Shown: positions 16,925 through 27,470, counted from the stretch's first letter. The stretch: 64,000 nt of DNA from Sphingomonadaceae bacterium (GCA_050261575.1 JBLNDL010000011.1:1345-65344); one strand, 5' to 3'. Program-made: numbers and translations. Notes: generated by a model from the sequence alone, not told the origin.

Positions 16925-19900
16925 CTACCGCACTTCCATCGCCCCACCCAGGCTCTCCCCCTTCCATTCCGGACGGTAGTAGGCGTACGCCTGGGAGGTC
17001 ACCGCTTGGGCCTTCACCGGATACAGCGCCCGTGCCTTGAAGGAGAAGCGCACCTCATCTCCCGGCATCATGTCCTCGACGTAGACCACCACTTTGCGCC
17101 CGGCGACGTCGTAGCGCTTGAGCCGAGGCTGGCCCTTCATCATGGCTTCGAGACTCTCCGCGACGGGGGCGAAACCTGTCGGCACCGCCACGTCCACGAT
17201 CACCATTCCCGCCTGCACCGGCTCAGGTGGTGTGAACTTCACCATCGCCGAGACGTCTATCTGGTCGTTCACCTCGACCTGCCCGACCCCGTACTCGACC
17301 TGGATCTGGAAAGCGGACTCGGCCTTCTTCTGAGGATCCGGCACGTTGAAGCGCCGTACCGCCTGCACCACCACCTGACCCTTGCCCTCGACCCCCACGG
17401 TCAGCGCGCCATCCCCCCTTTCCTGAGAGAGGGGCTGGACGAGGGCCACCGGCACCTCAACCACCTGCAGCACGTCCGCGTTCTCAGGGGACACCCGGAC
17501 CTCCTTCCGCCAGTTGCCGGCTTCCAGCGTCACCGTCGCGTCCACGTCGGCCTTTGCTCCCGCAGCGTAGCGGGTGAGCGCCTGAAGCCCAACCACCGTA
17601 TCCTGAGTCGAGCCGAAGCCCCCAAAGGCGTTCCTCCGAGAGACCAGCCATCGTGCAGCCCGTGAGGCGTTCAGCCGGTCGCCACGTTCTACCAGCGCCA
17701 GGGTCGCGTAGCCGGTGGTTTCGATGGAGGCGCTCCGGTTGGCCCGCGGCGTCAGCGGCGGCAGAGGCGCAGGCCGGTCCGGGGGCAGGATCCCCGGTTG
17801 CCAGGGCGCGGGCAACGGCTCGGGCAGGGGCACCACCTCCGGGTCTCCCCAGTACAGCCCCTCGTCGCTCTCGTGCGCCAAGGCCATCAGCTTCTCGTGG
17901 GCGGTGGCGGCCATGGGGCTCTTGGCAATCTCCAGGGCGTAGGCGGTCAGCGCGACGCTGTAGGCGTCCTCGGTCGTTTCTATCGCCCTCTCCAGGTACT
18001 GGATCGCCTTCGCCGACGCGCTCTGGTCCCCGGCCTCCCGCAACGCCACCGCGAGGTAGGCAGTGAGGGCCGTCTTGCCCTGCAATCCTCCCAGCAGTTC
18101 CTGGTGGTGGACGAAGCCCACCGGATCGAAGGAGCCATCCGCCTTCTGCTGCTGCGCTATCCACTCCCGGGCACGGGCCAGGACCGACTCGTCCACGTAG
18201 ATGAGGTCCTTTGCCTGGGCGAAGGTCTTCATCACGAATGCGGTGAGCCACAGGCTGCCAACCTTATCCTGCTGCCCGAAGGCAGAGAAGCTGCCGTCGG
18301 AACGCCGGAAGGTTAGCTCTCGCTGGTAGCCCGTGGTCATCAGGTGCTCCGCCTTCGCCATCACCTCCGGCTTCATCTGGCCGCTCTCCTCCAGATAGCG
18401 GGTGACGTAGACGTTGGGGGCGAAGAGGAGCATGTTCTGTTCACCGCAGCCGAAGGGCATCTGGAGCAACCCCTCCAGCCCCTGAATCGTCAGAGTGAGG
18501 TAGCTCCCAGTCACCGTGAGGAAAGCACGAGCCGATCCCTCGACGATGCCGGCGGGCACCGCGAAGTCCAGTTGCCGCCTGGCACCCTCGGAGACGACCG
18601 CGTTCTCCACCAACTCCCGAGCTACCCCCTCGGGCTCCACGATGAGCTCTTTCACCACGGAGTCGGCCGAGGAGCTGGAGCGGGCGGTCACCTTCAGCTT
18701 GTTGGTGCCGAGCTTCCTGGGCTGGATGGTAAAGGAGGCTGCACCAAGATCGTTTGGGCCCACCTGCACCTTCTGGTCCGGCTCGTCCACCAACTCGAAC
18801 CAGTCGGACCGCTCCAACTCCACCACGAACTCCTGCGATCTGTCCTGGTAGTTGTACAGGGCCACCTCGACCGGAAACTGCTCGCCGCGAATGGCCGAGT
18901 AGGGGAGGTCGACGGAGAGGAAGAAAGGCTGAAGCACCCGCAGCGACGCCTCCGACACCCCCAGGCCGACCCTCTTGGAGAGAGCGACGGCGCGCAGCAT
19001 CCAGGTCGTGATGCTGTCGGGAGTCTGGTATCGCTTGGAGGCACGGCCCTCGGCGTCGGTCTCCAGCGTGTCCCAGATCCAGGTCTCAGGGAAGAACTGG
19101 CGTATCCGCTGCACCTCCATCAGACCGCCGGCCTGCGCGCTGTCACGAGCCACCTCGGCCGGCGCCGTGGCCATCGGGGCCGGAGCCGCGGCGGGTGCGG
19201 CGAATCCCTTGGCCGCATCCAACACGCCGCCTTCGAACGCCCCTCGCCGCACCGCGGGCGACTGGTACTCTTGCCCCTTCGGCACCTGCTTGTTGCTCAG
19301 CACCACCACCCCCGCGTCTGCGAACACCTCCCTGGCACCCCTGGCCATTACCTTTTCGAGGAAACGCGCCTCGTGCAGCTCCGCCTGGGGCCTCTGGTAC
19401 AGCCTGTCCAGCTCGTCGAACAGTTGCGCAAGATTGAGCCGGTTCTCCGCGAGGATAAAGACCGATCGATCCACGGCCGCCAACCCCACACGGGCAGGCC
19501 CCTCCGTCCGCAGGTCGACGGTCACCTCCTCCCCGGGCTTCGCATCCTCCCTGCCGAAGCCTACCTGGACTGCATGCGGATAGTCGCCCTGCACCGAGAA
19601 GGGCAGGTAGTCCGCGGCCACCTCGGAGTTGGGGAGCAACTGGTACACCAGAAGCCGCGCCGTGGGAGCCATCAGGGGCGTGATGGACAGCTCGATCTCC
19701 GGCGAAGTGGAGTGGCCCGAGAAGACCACCCTCCCCCGCGACAGCACCTCGTAGTAGTAGTTCGCCGCCTCCTTGGTGGAACTCACGCGGAAGCGAACCG
19801 TGTCCCCTACCTTGATGGTTCCCTGGGTCAACTGCTCCAGATGAACGAAGCTTCCGGTGGGAGAGTAGCTGGATTGCATGGCCAGTGAGGTGGATGCCCT

Positions 19901-21205
19901 GCCGTCGTTGGCGCTCACCGTCAGGGAGATGGCGTCGGCGGGCGGGGTGACCTGCACCATCGCCTTGCCCTGCTTCACCACGACCTGTCGGGTCTCCCGC
20001 GTGACGTTGAAGTCCTTCTTGGTGTAGGTTAAGTCCAGCCGAACGTTGGCCTCGCCAGGCTTCTTGTCAGGAGTCTCCGCTACTACCAGCAGCGAGAGGG
20101 GCATAGACGGTTTGAAGGCAACGCTCTCCGGTATCACCTTCAACACCACCGGGGTCGCGGCCACGGACAACAGCCTCGTCGTCTTCTCCTCGTAGCCGGT
20201 GACCTTCTCGCGCACTACCGCTTCCAACTGGACGTTGCCCATCCCTCCGGCACCGGGCACGCCGCTGACGTAGTTCACCGCCGGTAGCTGGAAGTCCGCC
20301 TTGCCGTCCAACTGCTTCGTGACCTTGGCGTACTCCTGCCAGCTGCCCACGTACCGCATGGCCCGGATCTCCACCTCTCCCTGGACCGGCTTCCCGTAAC
20401 TGTACTCGGCGCTTACGCTGCCGGAGACGGGCTCGCCGGCCAGTACCCACTCCTTGGGGAGATCCACCTTCACCTCGTACTTGGGGAGGACGTATCGTTC
20501 GACCCGGAAATCCAGTTGAGTCGAGCGCTTCCCGGAGGCCGCGTTCACCTTCCACACCCCCAGGTTCGGCTCGGCGGAGAGAGGCAGGTCCAGGGTGGCC
20601 ATGCCGTACTCGTCGGTAGTGAGATCGCGTTTGAAGACCTTGAGGGCCTTCGCATCCTGGATCTCCACGGCCACGGGGGCGGCAGTAGGGCGGAGCTGGG
20701 GATCGAGGGTCAGCACGCGGAGGTGCAGCGTCTGCCCCGGCTTGTAAATCGGCTTGTCGGTCTCGGCGAAGACGAGAACCCCATCCTCGACCCTCACAGG
20801 CGACTCCGCCTCGAAGCCGCTGCCGCTGACCCGGAGGCAATAGTCACCCTCGGGGAGTCTCGGCACGGGCAGGCTCACTTCGCCTCGGCCCCTCAGCTCG
20901 GCCGAGGCGGCAGCCACCTCCCGCCCCTCACTCACGAGAGCCAGCCGCACGGTGGCGTTGGCCGGCCTATCGCCCTCGAAAAGCGAGACCGATATCGCTT
21001 CGTTCTGTCCGGACCGAAGCGTGCGAGGGGCAACGGCGAGGAAGCCGTCCACCCGGTCCTCCTGTGTGGAGGCGGCGCCCGGCGCGCCCGGAAGCGAAGT
21101 CGCCACGAGGCCCGGCACCATTATGCCGCTCAGGCCGCCTGTGGCCGCCAAGAGGAGAAGAAGGGTCGCAAGGAGGAGCGCAGCCCCGATCGCCCGTACG
21201 TTCAT
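16925..21205 (-). CDS. Bacterial alpha-2-macroglobulin family protein (1426 aa) with intact thioester.
   Basis: Signal peptide. MG-domain-sized repeats. Thioester motif QMPFGCGEQNMLLFAPNVY. Confidence 0.85.
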   Translation of the reverse strand: MNVRAIGAALLLATLLLLLAATGGLSGIMVPGLVATSLPGAPGAASTQEDRVDGFLAVAPRTLRSGQNEAISVSLFEGDRPANATVRLALVSEGREVAAASAELRGRGEVSLPVPRLPEGDYCLRVSGSGFEAESPVRVEDGVLVFAETDKPIYKPGQTLHLRVLTLDPQLRPTAAPVAVEIQDAKALKVFKRDLTTDEYGMATLDLPLSAEPNLGVWKVNAASGKRSTQLDFRVERYVLPKYEVKVDLPKEWVLAGEPVSGSVSAEYSYGKPVQGEVEIRAMRYVGSWQEYAKVTKQLDGKADFQLPAVNYVSGVPGAGGMGNVQLEAVVREKVTGYEEKTTRLLSVAATPVVLKVIPESVAFKPSMPLSLLVVAETPDKKPGEANVRLDLTYTKKDFNVTRETRQVVVKQGKAMVQVTPPADAISLTVSANDGRASTSLAMQSSYSPTGSFVHLEQLTQGTIKVGDTVRFRVSSTKEAANYYYEVLSRGRVVFSGHSTSPEIELSITPLMAPTARLLVYQLLPNSEVAADYLPFSVQGDYPHAVQVGFGREDAKPGEEVTVDLRTEGPARVGLAAVDRSVFILAENRLNLAQLFDELDRLYQRPQAELHEARFLEKVMARGAREVFADAGVVVLSNKQVPKGQEYQSPAVRRGAFEGGVLDAAKGFAAPAAAPAPMATAPAEVARDSAQAGGLMEVQRIRQFFPETWIWDTLETDAEGRASKRYQTPDSITTWMLRAVALSKRVGLGVSEASLRVLQPFFLSVDLPYSAIRGEQFPVEVALYNYQDRSQEFVVELERSDWFELVDEPDQKVQVGPNDLGAASFTIQPRKLGTNKLKVTARSSSSADSVVKELIVEPEGVARELVENAVVSEGARRQLDFAVPAGIVEGSARAFLTVTGSYLTLTIQGLEGLLQMPFGCGEQNMLLFAPNVYVTRYLEESGQMKPEVMAKAEHLMTTGYQRELTFRRSDGSFSAFGQQDKVGSLWLTAFVMKTFAQAKDLIYVDESVLARAREWIAQQQKADGSFDPVGFVHHQELLGGLQGKTALTAYLAVALREAGDQSASAKAIQYLERAIETTEDAYSVALTAYALEIAKSPMAATAHEKLMALAHESDEGLYWGDPEVVPLPEPLPAPWQPGILPPDRPAPLPPLTPRANRSASIETTGYATLALVERGDRLNASRAARWLVSRRNAFGGFGSTQDTVVGLQALTRYAAGAKADVDATVTLEAGNWRKEVRVSPENADVLQVVEVPVALVQPLSQERGDGALTVGVEGKGQVVVQAVRRFNVPDPQKKAESAFQIQVEYGVGQVEVNDQIDVSAMVKFTPPEPVQAGMVIVDVAVPTGFAPVAESLEAMMKGQPRLKRYDVAGRKVVVYVEDMMPGDEVRFSFKARALYPVKAQAVTSQAYAYYRPEWKGESLGGAMEVR

Positions 21206-21534
21206 TCGTAGCCTCCCGCAGGATGTTCTACGACGAGAACGAACGACGGTGCTCCAAGGTTCCAGCGTGGCGTGGCAAGATTCTCAGGTCACCACCGTTG
21301 GATCGCACTCGCCTTGGAGACGCAGAGTGGAGAGACCACGGGTCGGCTCTCCCAGTGCGCTGCGCGTCTCTCTGGTTCTGGCTATCCTGGATTGTCCACG
21401 GCATCCGGAAACAAGGCCGAGAACCTGTAGTCGCAGGCTTTAGCCAGCGCGGTCCGCTGGCGCCCCCAAGCAGGTATCTCTGGATAGAGTACACGTTTCC
21501 CGCCAGAGAGCGGACATGAAGTAAGGATACCTGC

Positions 21535-21927
21535 CTAGATGCGCCTTCCAGGTGTGGTAGACGGGGTCGAGCCACTGCGGAACGGCATCAGACTTGATCG
21601 CCAGCCTGTGGGGTTGGCGGTCTTGGGAGATGGCGCGGATGCCTGGCCGGCCCTGCTGGAAGCGGGTGAGGATCCCACCGGCCTCACCTTCAGCGCTCGA
21701 GCGCCTCGCTCGTCACCGTGAGCCTCGAACTCCACCGTCTGCTGCTCTCTCAGAGTGGCGAATCCACCGTCCAACACCGCCGAGCGATGGAAGAACCGCT
21801 GCTCGCCAGCCCCATCGACCAGGAAGCCGTATCCCTTCGCCCGGTCGATCCGAACCACCGTGCCTCGTGAGACGGTGCCTTCCGCCACCTTCCTCCCAGT
21901 CGATGGTCGGGTGGCCATTTGGTTCAT
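21535..21927 (-). CDS. Cold-shock domain protein with a disordered C-terminal tail.
   Basis: CSD core GTVVRIDRAKGYGFLVDGAGEQRFFHRSAVLDGGFATLREQQTVEFEAHGDERGARALKVRPV. Start taken at MNQMATRP (GAGGTGG RBS). The longer ORF upstream is probably translated 5'-UTR. Confidence 0.65.
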   Translation of the reverse strand: MNQMATRPSTGRKVAEGTVSRGTVVRIDRAKGYGFLVDGAGEQRFFHRSAVLDGGFATLREQQTVEFEAHGDERGARALKVRPVGSSPASSRAGQASAPSPKTANPTGWRSSLMPFRSGSTPSTTPGRRI

Positions 21928-22959
21928 CTTGATGGCCCGATCCACCTCGGTCGGACCTCGCCGGTTCACCACCGGTCCCTTTCGCTTTGGAGGCTGCTTC
22001 CCCTGGCTGGGGGTGGAGGCCACGAACTTCCGTTCGTGGTTGGGAGACTCAGCGGAGCCGTTCAGGCGGCGCGGGCCCCCTCTTCGCTCCCGTGAGTCCC
22101 TGTTTTCGGGTTGATCCTGCACCTTCGGTCCTTTCTTCAAAATGTGGTAGGGTTGCCTGGGGCCGGTATACGGGACGACACACTGTTCAGCGCCGGTGGC
22201 CCACGTGCGCGACCGAACCGGGGGGCGAACGCAACGAGACGCGATCGCAGCCGCACGCCACCAACCGGGCGCCGATGGTCGCTCTACGTCAGAAACGCCT
22301 CCCGCGAGCCTGCTCGATGCCAATTACAGGTCTTTCGACCGAGGGGTAAATCGACGACTGCTCCCGGGGTTTGCCAAAGGGATCGCCATCGATCAGATGA
22401 GAGACATCCGCGCTCTAGCGGTATAAGAGACTGGACAGTTCAACCAGGCCAGGCTATTCGAGGCACCAACACTAGTCGGGGCGATCTTCGTAGGGGGAAA
22501 CCCTGTGAGGTGCTGTGCATCTGCACAGCCCGCCGACATGACGACCTGCACGCATTATAGCACCTGTGGGACCGCGCGTCGAGATCTCCGCACTGCTGGT
22601 TCCAGGGCTCTCTCGAGGTCGCTCAGACCGTCGTGCCGAGCGCGGCGTGCCCCGGCGAGGCCCAGACGAGGGACGACAGACCCAGTGCAACTGCGATGCC
22701 GAGCTTCAGCGAAGCGCCTCCACGTGGAGAGACACACCCGCATCGCCACGTGAAGACCCTTCGACTGCGGCTCAGGGTGACGGTGAGAGAGCCCTCGCTG
22801 CTGGCTCTTCGCGGGGCATGGTATGAGATTGGGGCAAGTGGCAGAAGCTGGGGGGCACCTGCCCACGACGCAACACTGGGTTGGACGAGCGGAGCGGGCA
22901 ATCCGTCCCAGCGCCTTCCCCGGGAGGCTACGGCCGCGGGCTAGGTTCCCTCGCCCGTC

Positions 22960-24189
22960 TCAGTCCTCCAGAATCCTCTGCGCCAGAGGGAACGGCTGCA
23001 GCGCGCGGCGGAGCACCCCCTGCACCTTGGCCAGTAGCACCCCGTAGTTCACGATGGGGACCCCGGCATCTTCCGCCACTCGAATCCGGTGAAGCATTTC
23101 CTTGCGGTTGATCATGCAGCCACCGCAGTGGACCACCAGCTTGTAGCTCGCCAGATCGTCGGGGAAGCCTCCCCCGGACGTCCAGGTGAACTCGAGCTCT
23201 CCGCCCACCGATTTCCGCAGCCATCGTGGGATCTGCACCTTGCCGATGTCGACGGGCTGCCTGTGATGGCTGCATGCCTCCGAGATCAATACCTTGTCGC
23301 CAGGCCTGAGGCGATCCACCGCCCGAGCCCCGGCGACGAGTGCCTCCAGGTCCCCTTTGTAGCGGGCGAACAGTATCGAGAACCCCGTCATCGCCACGTC
23401 GGGCGGCACGTCCGCCGCCACCTTGTCGAACGCCTGCGAGTCCGTGATAACTAGTCGAGGTGCGCAGCCGAGCTTGCCCAGTGCAGCGCGGAGCCCTTGC
23501 TCCTTCACCACCACGGCCATCGCATCGTGGTCCAGGATGTCCCGGATGGTCTGCACCTGCGGCAGGATCAGCCTGCCCTTTGGCATGGCGAGGTCGATCG
23601 GCACCACGAGCACCACCACATCGCCGGGGTCTATCAGGTCGCCAACGATGGTCGGCTCAGCGGGCTCCGTCGGGGCGTGGTCCACGATCAGCTTCTTCAG
23701 CTCGTCGATCCCCGTCCGCGTCACGGAGCTCACCGCCGCCGACGGCAGGCCAAGCTCCAACGCCCACCGTTCGAGCCGGCCGCCCAGGTCGTGAATGTCA
23801 CACTTGTTTGCAACCAACAACGTCGGGATGCCGCGCTCCCGCAGCCTCGCCAGAAGACCCCGCTCCCAATCTCCGAGACCGAAGGCCGGGTCGATCACCA
23901 TCAGCGCAAGGTCGGTCGAGTTGATCACGCGAAGGGTGCGCCGGACCCGCAGGTCGCCCAGCTCGCCCGCGTCGTCGATCCCTGCGGTATCGATCATCAC
24001 CACCGGTCCGAGAGGGAGTAGCTCCATGGCTTTGTACACGGGATCGGTGGTGGTTCCCGCGACCTCTGAGACCAGCGCCACCTCCTGATTCGTGAGGGCG
24101 TTTACGAGGCTCGACTTGCCCGCGTTTCGCCGCCCGAAGACGGCTATGTGCAGTCTCTCGCTCCGGGGGGTACTGTTGAGGTCGCTCAT
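22960..24189 (-). CDS. hydF: [FeFe]-hydrogenase maturation GTPase HydF.
   Basis: GTPase motifs VFGRRNAGKSSLVNAL, DTAG. C-terminal Fe-S ligands CSHH ... HCGGC. Confidence 0.8.
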   Translation of the reverse strand: MSDLNSTPRSERLHIAVFGRRNAGKSSLVNALTNQEVALVSEVAGTTTDPVYKAMELLPLGPVVMIDTAGIDDAGELGDLRVRRTLRVINSTDLALMVIDPAFGLGDWERGLLARLRERGIPTLLVANKCDIHDLGGRLERWALELGLPSAAVSSVTRTGIDELKKLIVDHAPTEPAEPTIVGDLIDPGDVVVLVVPIDLAMPKGRLILPQVQTIRDILDHDAMAVVVKEQGLRAALGKLGCAPRLVITDSQAFDKVAADVPPDVAMTGFSILFARYKGDLEALVAGARAVDRLRPGDKVLISEACSHHRQPVDIGKVQIPRWLRKSVGGELEFTWTSGGGFPDDLASYKLVVHCGGCMINRKEMLHRIRVAEDAGVPIVNYGVLLAKVQGVLRRALQPFPLAQRILED

Positions 24190-25256
24190 GATGCCGCCCC
24201 CAGAGCGAAGTCGCCATTTGCCCGCTTCAGACTATGGCCGTAGCCCTTCCCGATCCGCCGCCCCGACCCCTCGATGCGGAGCCGAAGGCAAGGCATGCAG
24301 CGATCGACGTCCTCGGTTATGCATCGCTTGTTGGGATAGATGGTGTAGTTCTCTCGGTACTTCTTGGGTGTGAGATTGGGCATGACGACGTTCGCCCCGA
24401 CGGCGAACGCCTTCTCGCGCCCCATGGGATCCAGGGTGGCAAGTGCCGTGGTCGCCGGGATGTGAGCATTGCGGGTGACGATCCTCGCCAGGGCAACCAT
24501 CTTCAGTGTCATCTCCACCGTGCCCGGGGCGCTCGATCCGAGGGGCGTATCCGGATGCGGGATGAAAGGGCCGATGCCCGCCATATCCACATCCATCTCT
24601 AGGAGCAGCAGGATGTCGGCGGCCAGCATCTCCACGGTCTGGCCTGGCAGCCCCACCATGCTTCCAGCACCGACTTGGTAGCCCTCGGCGCGCAGATCGC
24701 GCAGGCACTGGATGCGCCGCTCGTAGCTCATATCGGGATGCAGTTGCCCGTACAGGTCTGGATCGGCAGTCTCGTGCCTGATGAGGAAGCGGTCGGCCCC
24801 GGCCCTCCTGAACGCACGGTAGTCCTCCCGAGGCCGCTCGCCAATGGAGAGGGTGATGGCGACATCCGCAGTACGCTTGATCTGCCTCACCAGCTCGACG
24901 ACGCGGGCTGTGGTCCACCAGGTATCCTCGCCGGACTGCAGTACGACGGTGCCGATGCCCAGACGCTCGGCGAGTTTGGCTGTCTCCACGATCTCATCCA
25001 ACGGCATCCGGTATCTGGCCACGTTGCGGTTTGGTGCACGCAGGCCGCAGTAGAGACAATGCCTGCCGCAGCAGTTGGAGAACTCGATCAGACCTCGCAG
25101 GTAGATCTCGTCTCCCATGAAGCGCTGTCTCACCGCATCTGCCAACTCGAACAATGCCTGCTGCCGATCGCCCTCCGCCCGCAGAAGGGTGGCAATATCG
25201 TGCAGACCGAGCGGCTCATCCCTCTCGGCCTTAGCTAGTGCTGTCTCGAACTTCAT
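24186..25256 (-). CDS. hydE: [FeFe]-hydrogenase radical-SAM maturase HydE.
   Basis: CGRHCLYCG radical-SAM cluster motif. BioB/HydE-like fold. 4-nt overlap (ATGA) with hydF. Start at MKFETALAK. Confidence 0.75.
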   Translation of the reverse strand: MKFETALAKAERDEPLGLHDIATLLRAEGDRQQALFELADAVRQRFMGDEIYLRGLIEFSNCCGRHCLYCGLRAPNRNVARYRMPLDEIVETAKLAERLGIGTVVLQSGEDTWWTTARVVELVRQIKRTADVAITLSIGERPREDYRAFRRAGADRFLIRHETADPDLYGQLHPDMSYERRIQCLRDLRAEGYQVGAGSMVGLPGQTVEMLAADILLLLEMDVDMAGIGPFIPHPDTPLGSSAPGTVEMTLKMVALARIVTRNAHIPATTALATLDPMGREKAFAVGANVVMPNLTPKKYRENYTIYPNKRCITEDVDRCMPCLRLRIEGSGRRIGKGYGHSLKRANGDFALGAAS

Positions 25257-25333
25257 CGTCGTCAGCTCCACGATGAACTGGTCATGGTAGCTGCCCCACG
25301 CCACCTCCAGGGCAGCGGAGGCCGTCTCCTCCC

Positions 25334-26782
25334 TCAGAAAAACAGATCTCGCTCGCCAGCCTCGATCCTCGCCAGCCTGCGCTCCGTCTCCTGCCTGACC
25401 TTCGCGTTCTCGATGAGGGCGAGCTGCGCTCGAACCGTCTCCTGCCCCACTTCGCGAGCGGAGGGCGAGGCGTAGTCTTCCAGGTACTCTTTGAAGGTGA
25501 GCAGGGCATTGGGTCTGCACAGCTCCTGGATGTCGCCCGGCTTGGCAAGCGTCATGAACGCCTCGCCCGTCCTGCCCTGTCGATAGCACGCGGTGCAGAA
25601 GCTGGGAAGATAGCCCTTTCGGCAGACGTCTGCCACTATCTCGTCCACCGAGCGGTGGTCTGCTACAGCGAATTGGTCCTTCGGTTTCTCGCCCACGCGG
25701 TATCCCCCTGGGCTCACGCAGGACGCCGCGCTGATCTGAGAGATCCCCAGTCCGAACAGCTCATCTCGCATCTCCGGGCGCTCGCGGGTCGAGAGGATCA
25801 ACCCAGTGTACGGCACCGAGAGTCGCAGAACGGCCACCAGCTTCCGGAAGTCGTCGTCACCCACCGGCTGGGGCAGCGCAAAGTCGACGCCCACGGCAGG
25901 TCGCCACCTTGGCACGGAGATCGTATGCGGCCCGACGCCGTACGTTCTTTCCAGGTGGATGGCGTGCAAGAGTAGACCCAGTACCTCGTACTTGTAGTCC
26001 GCGAGGCCGAAGAGCACTCCCAGCCCGACGTCGTCTATTCCAGCCTGCATAGCCCTGTCCATGGCAGTCAGATGCCACTCGTAGTCGGCCTTGGGGCCGT
26101 CGGGGTGCATCCGTGCGTAGGTGGGGCGGTGGTACGTCTCCTGGAATAGCTGGTAGGTGCCAATACCCGCTGACTTCAGCTTCTGGTAGTCCGCCACCAC
26201 CGTCGCGGCGATGTTCACATTCACCCTTCGGATGCTGCCGTTGCCTTCCTTGGTAGTGTAGACGGTGTGGATCGATTCGACGACGAAGTCTATCGGGCTA
26301 CGGCCCGGGCTCTCTCCGCACTCCAACAGGAGTCGCTTGTGCCCCATCCTCTCCAGGATGCGCACCTGCTCCGCGATCTCCTCCTGGTCGAGGACCCGGC
26401 GTTCGAGAAGCCGGTTATCCCTGCGGAAGCCGCAGTAGAGGCAGTTGTTCCCGCAGTAGTTGCTGAGGTATAGCGGCGCGAAGAGGACGAGGCGATTGCC
26501 GTAGATCCGGTCCTTGATCTGGCCCGCGACCCGATACAGCTCGCGGCGGAACTCGGGCCCCTCCGACTGGAGGAGGATGGCGGCTTCATCGGGGGCAAGG
26601 CCCTTTAGATCCAGGGCTTTGCGGATGATCTGTATCGCAGTCTGCGGAGATGCCTTCGCACCCTGCTCGAGCATAGCGTTGATCAGGGCATCGTCGATGA
26701 AGGAACCTGCGGGCAAGCCTCCTCCGGAGTTGCCCGTTGGTTGCGATGGGTTGGTGCGCGGATTGGTTTCGACATCGGTCAT
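25334..26782 (-). CDS. hydG: [FeFe]-hydrogenase radical-SAM maturase HydG (tyrosine lyase).
   Basis: CGNNCLYCGF radical-SAM motif and C-terminal CTACYRQGRTGEAF auxiliary-cluster motif. Confidence 0.8.
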   Translation of the reverse strand: MTDVETNPRTNPSQPTGNSGGGLPAGSFIDDALINAMLEQGAKASPQTAIQIIRKALDLKGLAPDEAAILLQSEGPEFRRELYRVAGQIKDRIYGNRLVLFAPLYLSNYCGNNCLYCGFRRDNRLLERRVLDQEEIAEQVRILERMGHKRLLLECGESPGRSPIDFVVESIHTVYTTKEGNGSIRRVNVNIAATVVADYQKLKSAGIGTYQLFQETYHRPTYARMHPDGPKADYEWHLTAMDRAMQAGIDDVGLGVLFGLADYKYEVLGLLLHAIHLERTYGVGPHTISVPRWRPAVGVDFALPQPVGDDDFRKLVAVLRLSVPYTGLILSTRERPEMRDELFGLGISQISAASCVSPGGYRVGEKPKDQFAVADHRSVDEIVADVCRKGYLPSFCTACYRQGRTGEAFMTLAKPGDIQELCRPNALLTFKEYLEDYASPSAREVGQETVRAQLALIENAKVRQETERRLARIEAGERDLFF

Positions 26783-26817
26783 GGTGTGCCTCCTCATGGA
26801 GCCGCCTGCCGTGGCAG

Positions 26818-27063
26818 CTACGTCGCGATGGCTGTCTTGACTCGGACCCCGGGTATCCTTCCGAGCTTACCGGTCATTGCGCCCAGTTCATCCGTGGTGC
26901 CGTCGACGATGAGGGCGATGACCGACATGTTCCTGTCCCTGTATGGCACACCCATGCGGCCGACTACGATCTCGGCATGCTGGCTAAGCACCTCGTTGAC
27001 CTTCGGTGCGGCCGTCAGCCTGTCTCCGATGACGATAGCCACAACGCCGATTCTGGTCTCCAA
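26818..27063 (-). CDS. TM1266-like small ACT/NikR-C-like protein (putative iron-only hydrogenase system regulator).
   Basis: About 81 aa: ETRIGVVAIVIGDRLTAAPKVNEVLSQHAEIVVGRMGVPYRDRNMSVIALIVDGTTDELGAMTGKLGRIPGVRVK. TTG/GTG start behind a perfect AAGGAGGTG RBS. First gene of the hyd operon. Confidence 0.55.
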   Translation of the reverse strand: METRIGVVAIVIGDRLTAAPKVNEVLSQHAEIVVGRMGVPYRDRNMSVIALIVDGTTDELGAMTGKLGRIPGVRVKTAIAT

Positions 27064-27470
27064 CTTCACCTCCTTCTTGCATGAGGGCCGAGAGCGGAGC
27101 GACAAGAAGAGGGCCCACCCCCTGTCGGAGCGGGCCCATGAAGGCGAGATGCATCCAGGCATACTCTGGCTGCTTCCTCGGAATCAGGAAACCCTCTTCC
27201 TCAGGTCCGGCTTTGACCCCCTTCCGGAGCCGCGTGAGGCGCCGGTCAGGGCGAATTGCTCGTTCGTTCCTTTTGGCACAATGTAGCACAGTCCCACTGG
27301 GTCGTCAACACGCCGATAGGCACTGTCCATCACACTCTTCAGGATGAGCCGAACCCCCGGCAGCTAATCGCCGTGGCGCACGCCTTGGCGATGAGGGATA
27401 TCGACGCGAACTACAAGAGGAACACACCCAACCATTTGCCCTGTGCTTCGTTGCGTAGCATAATGGAGGC

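Noticed and set aside
18344-19888. 514-aa plus-strand ORF antisense to the alpha-2-macroglobulin gene
   Set aside because: Shadow ORF. The A2M reading has the thioester and a signal peptide, whereas this frame has none.
25257-25589. 110-aa N-terminal extension of the hydE ORF
   Set aside because: Gly/Arg-rich. HydE homology begins at MKFETALAK.
27340-27420. Short peptide segment (QLIAVAHALAMRDIDANYKRNTP) resembling the N-terminal motif of ABC-2 permeases
   Set aside because: Only about 25 residues, with no continuation and no TM segments. Too short to call a pseudogene.
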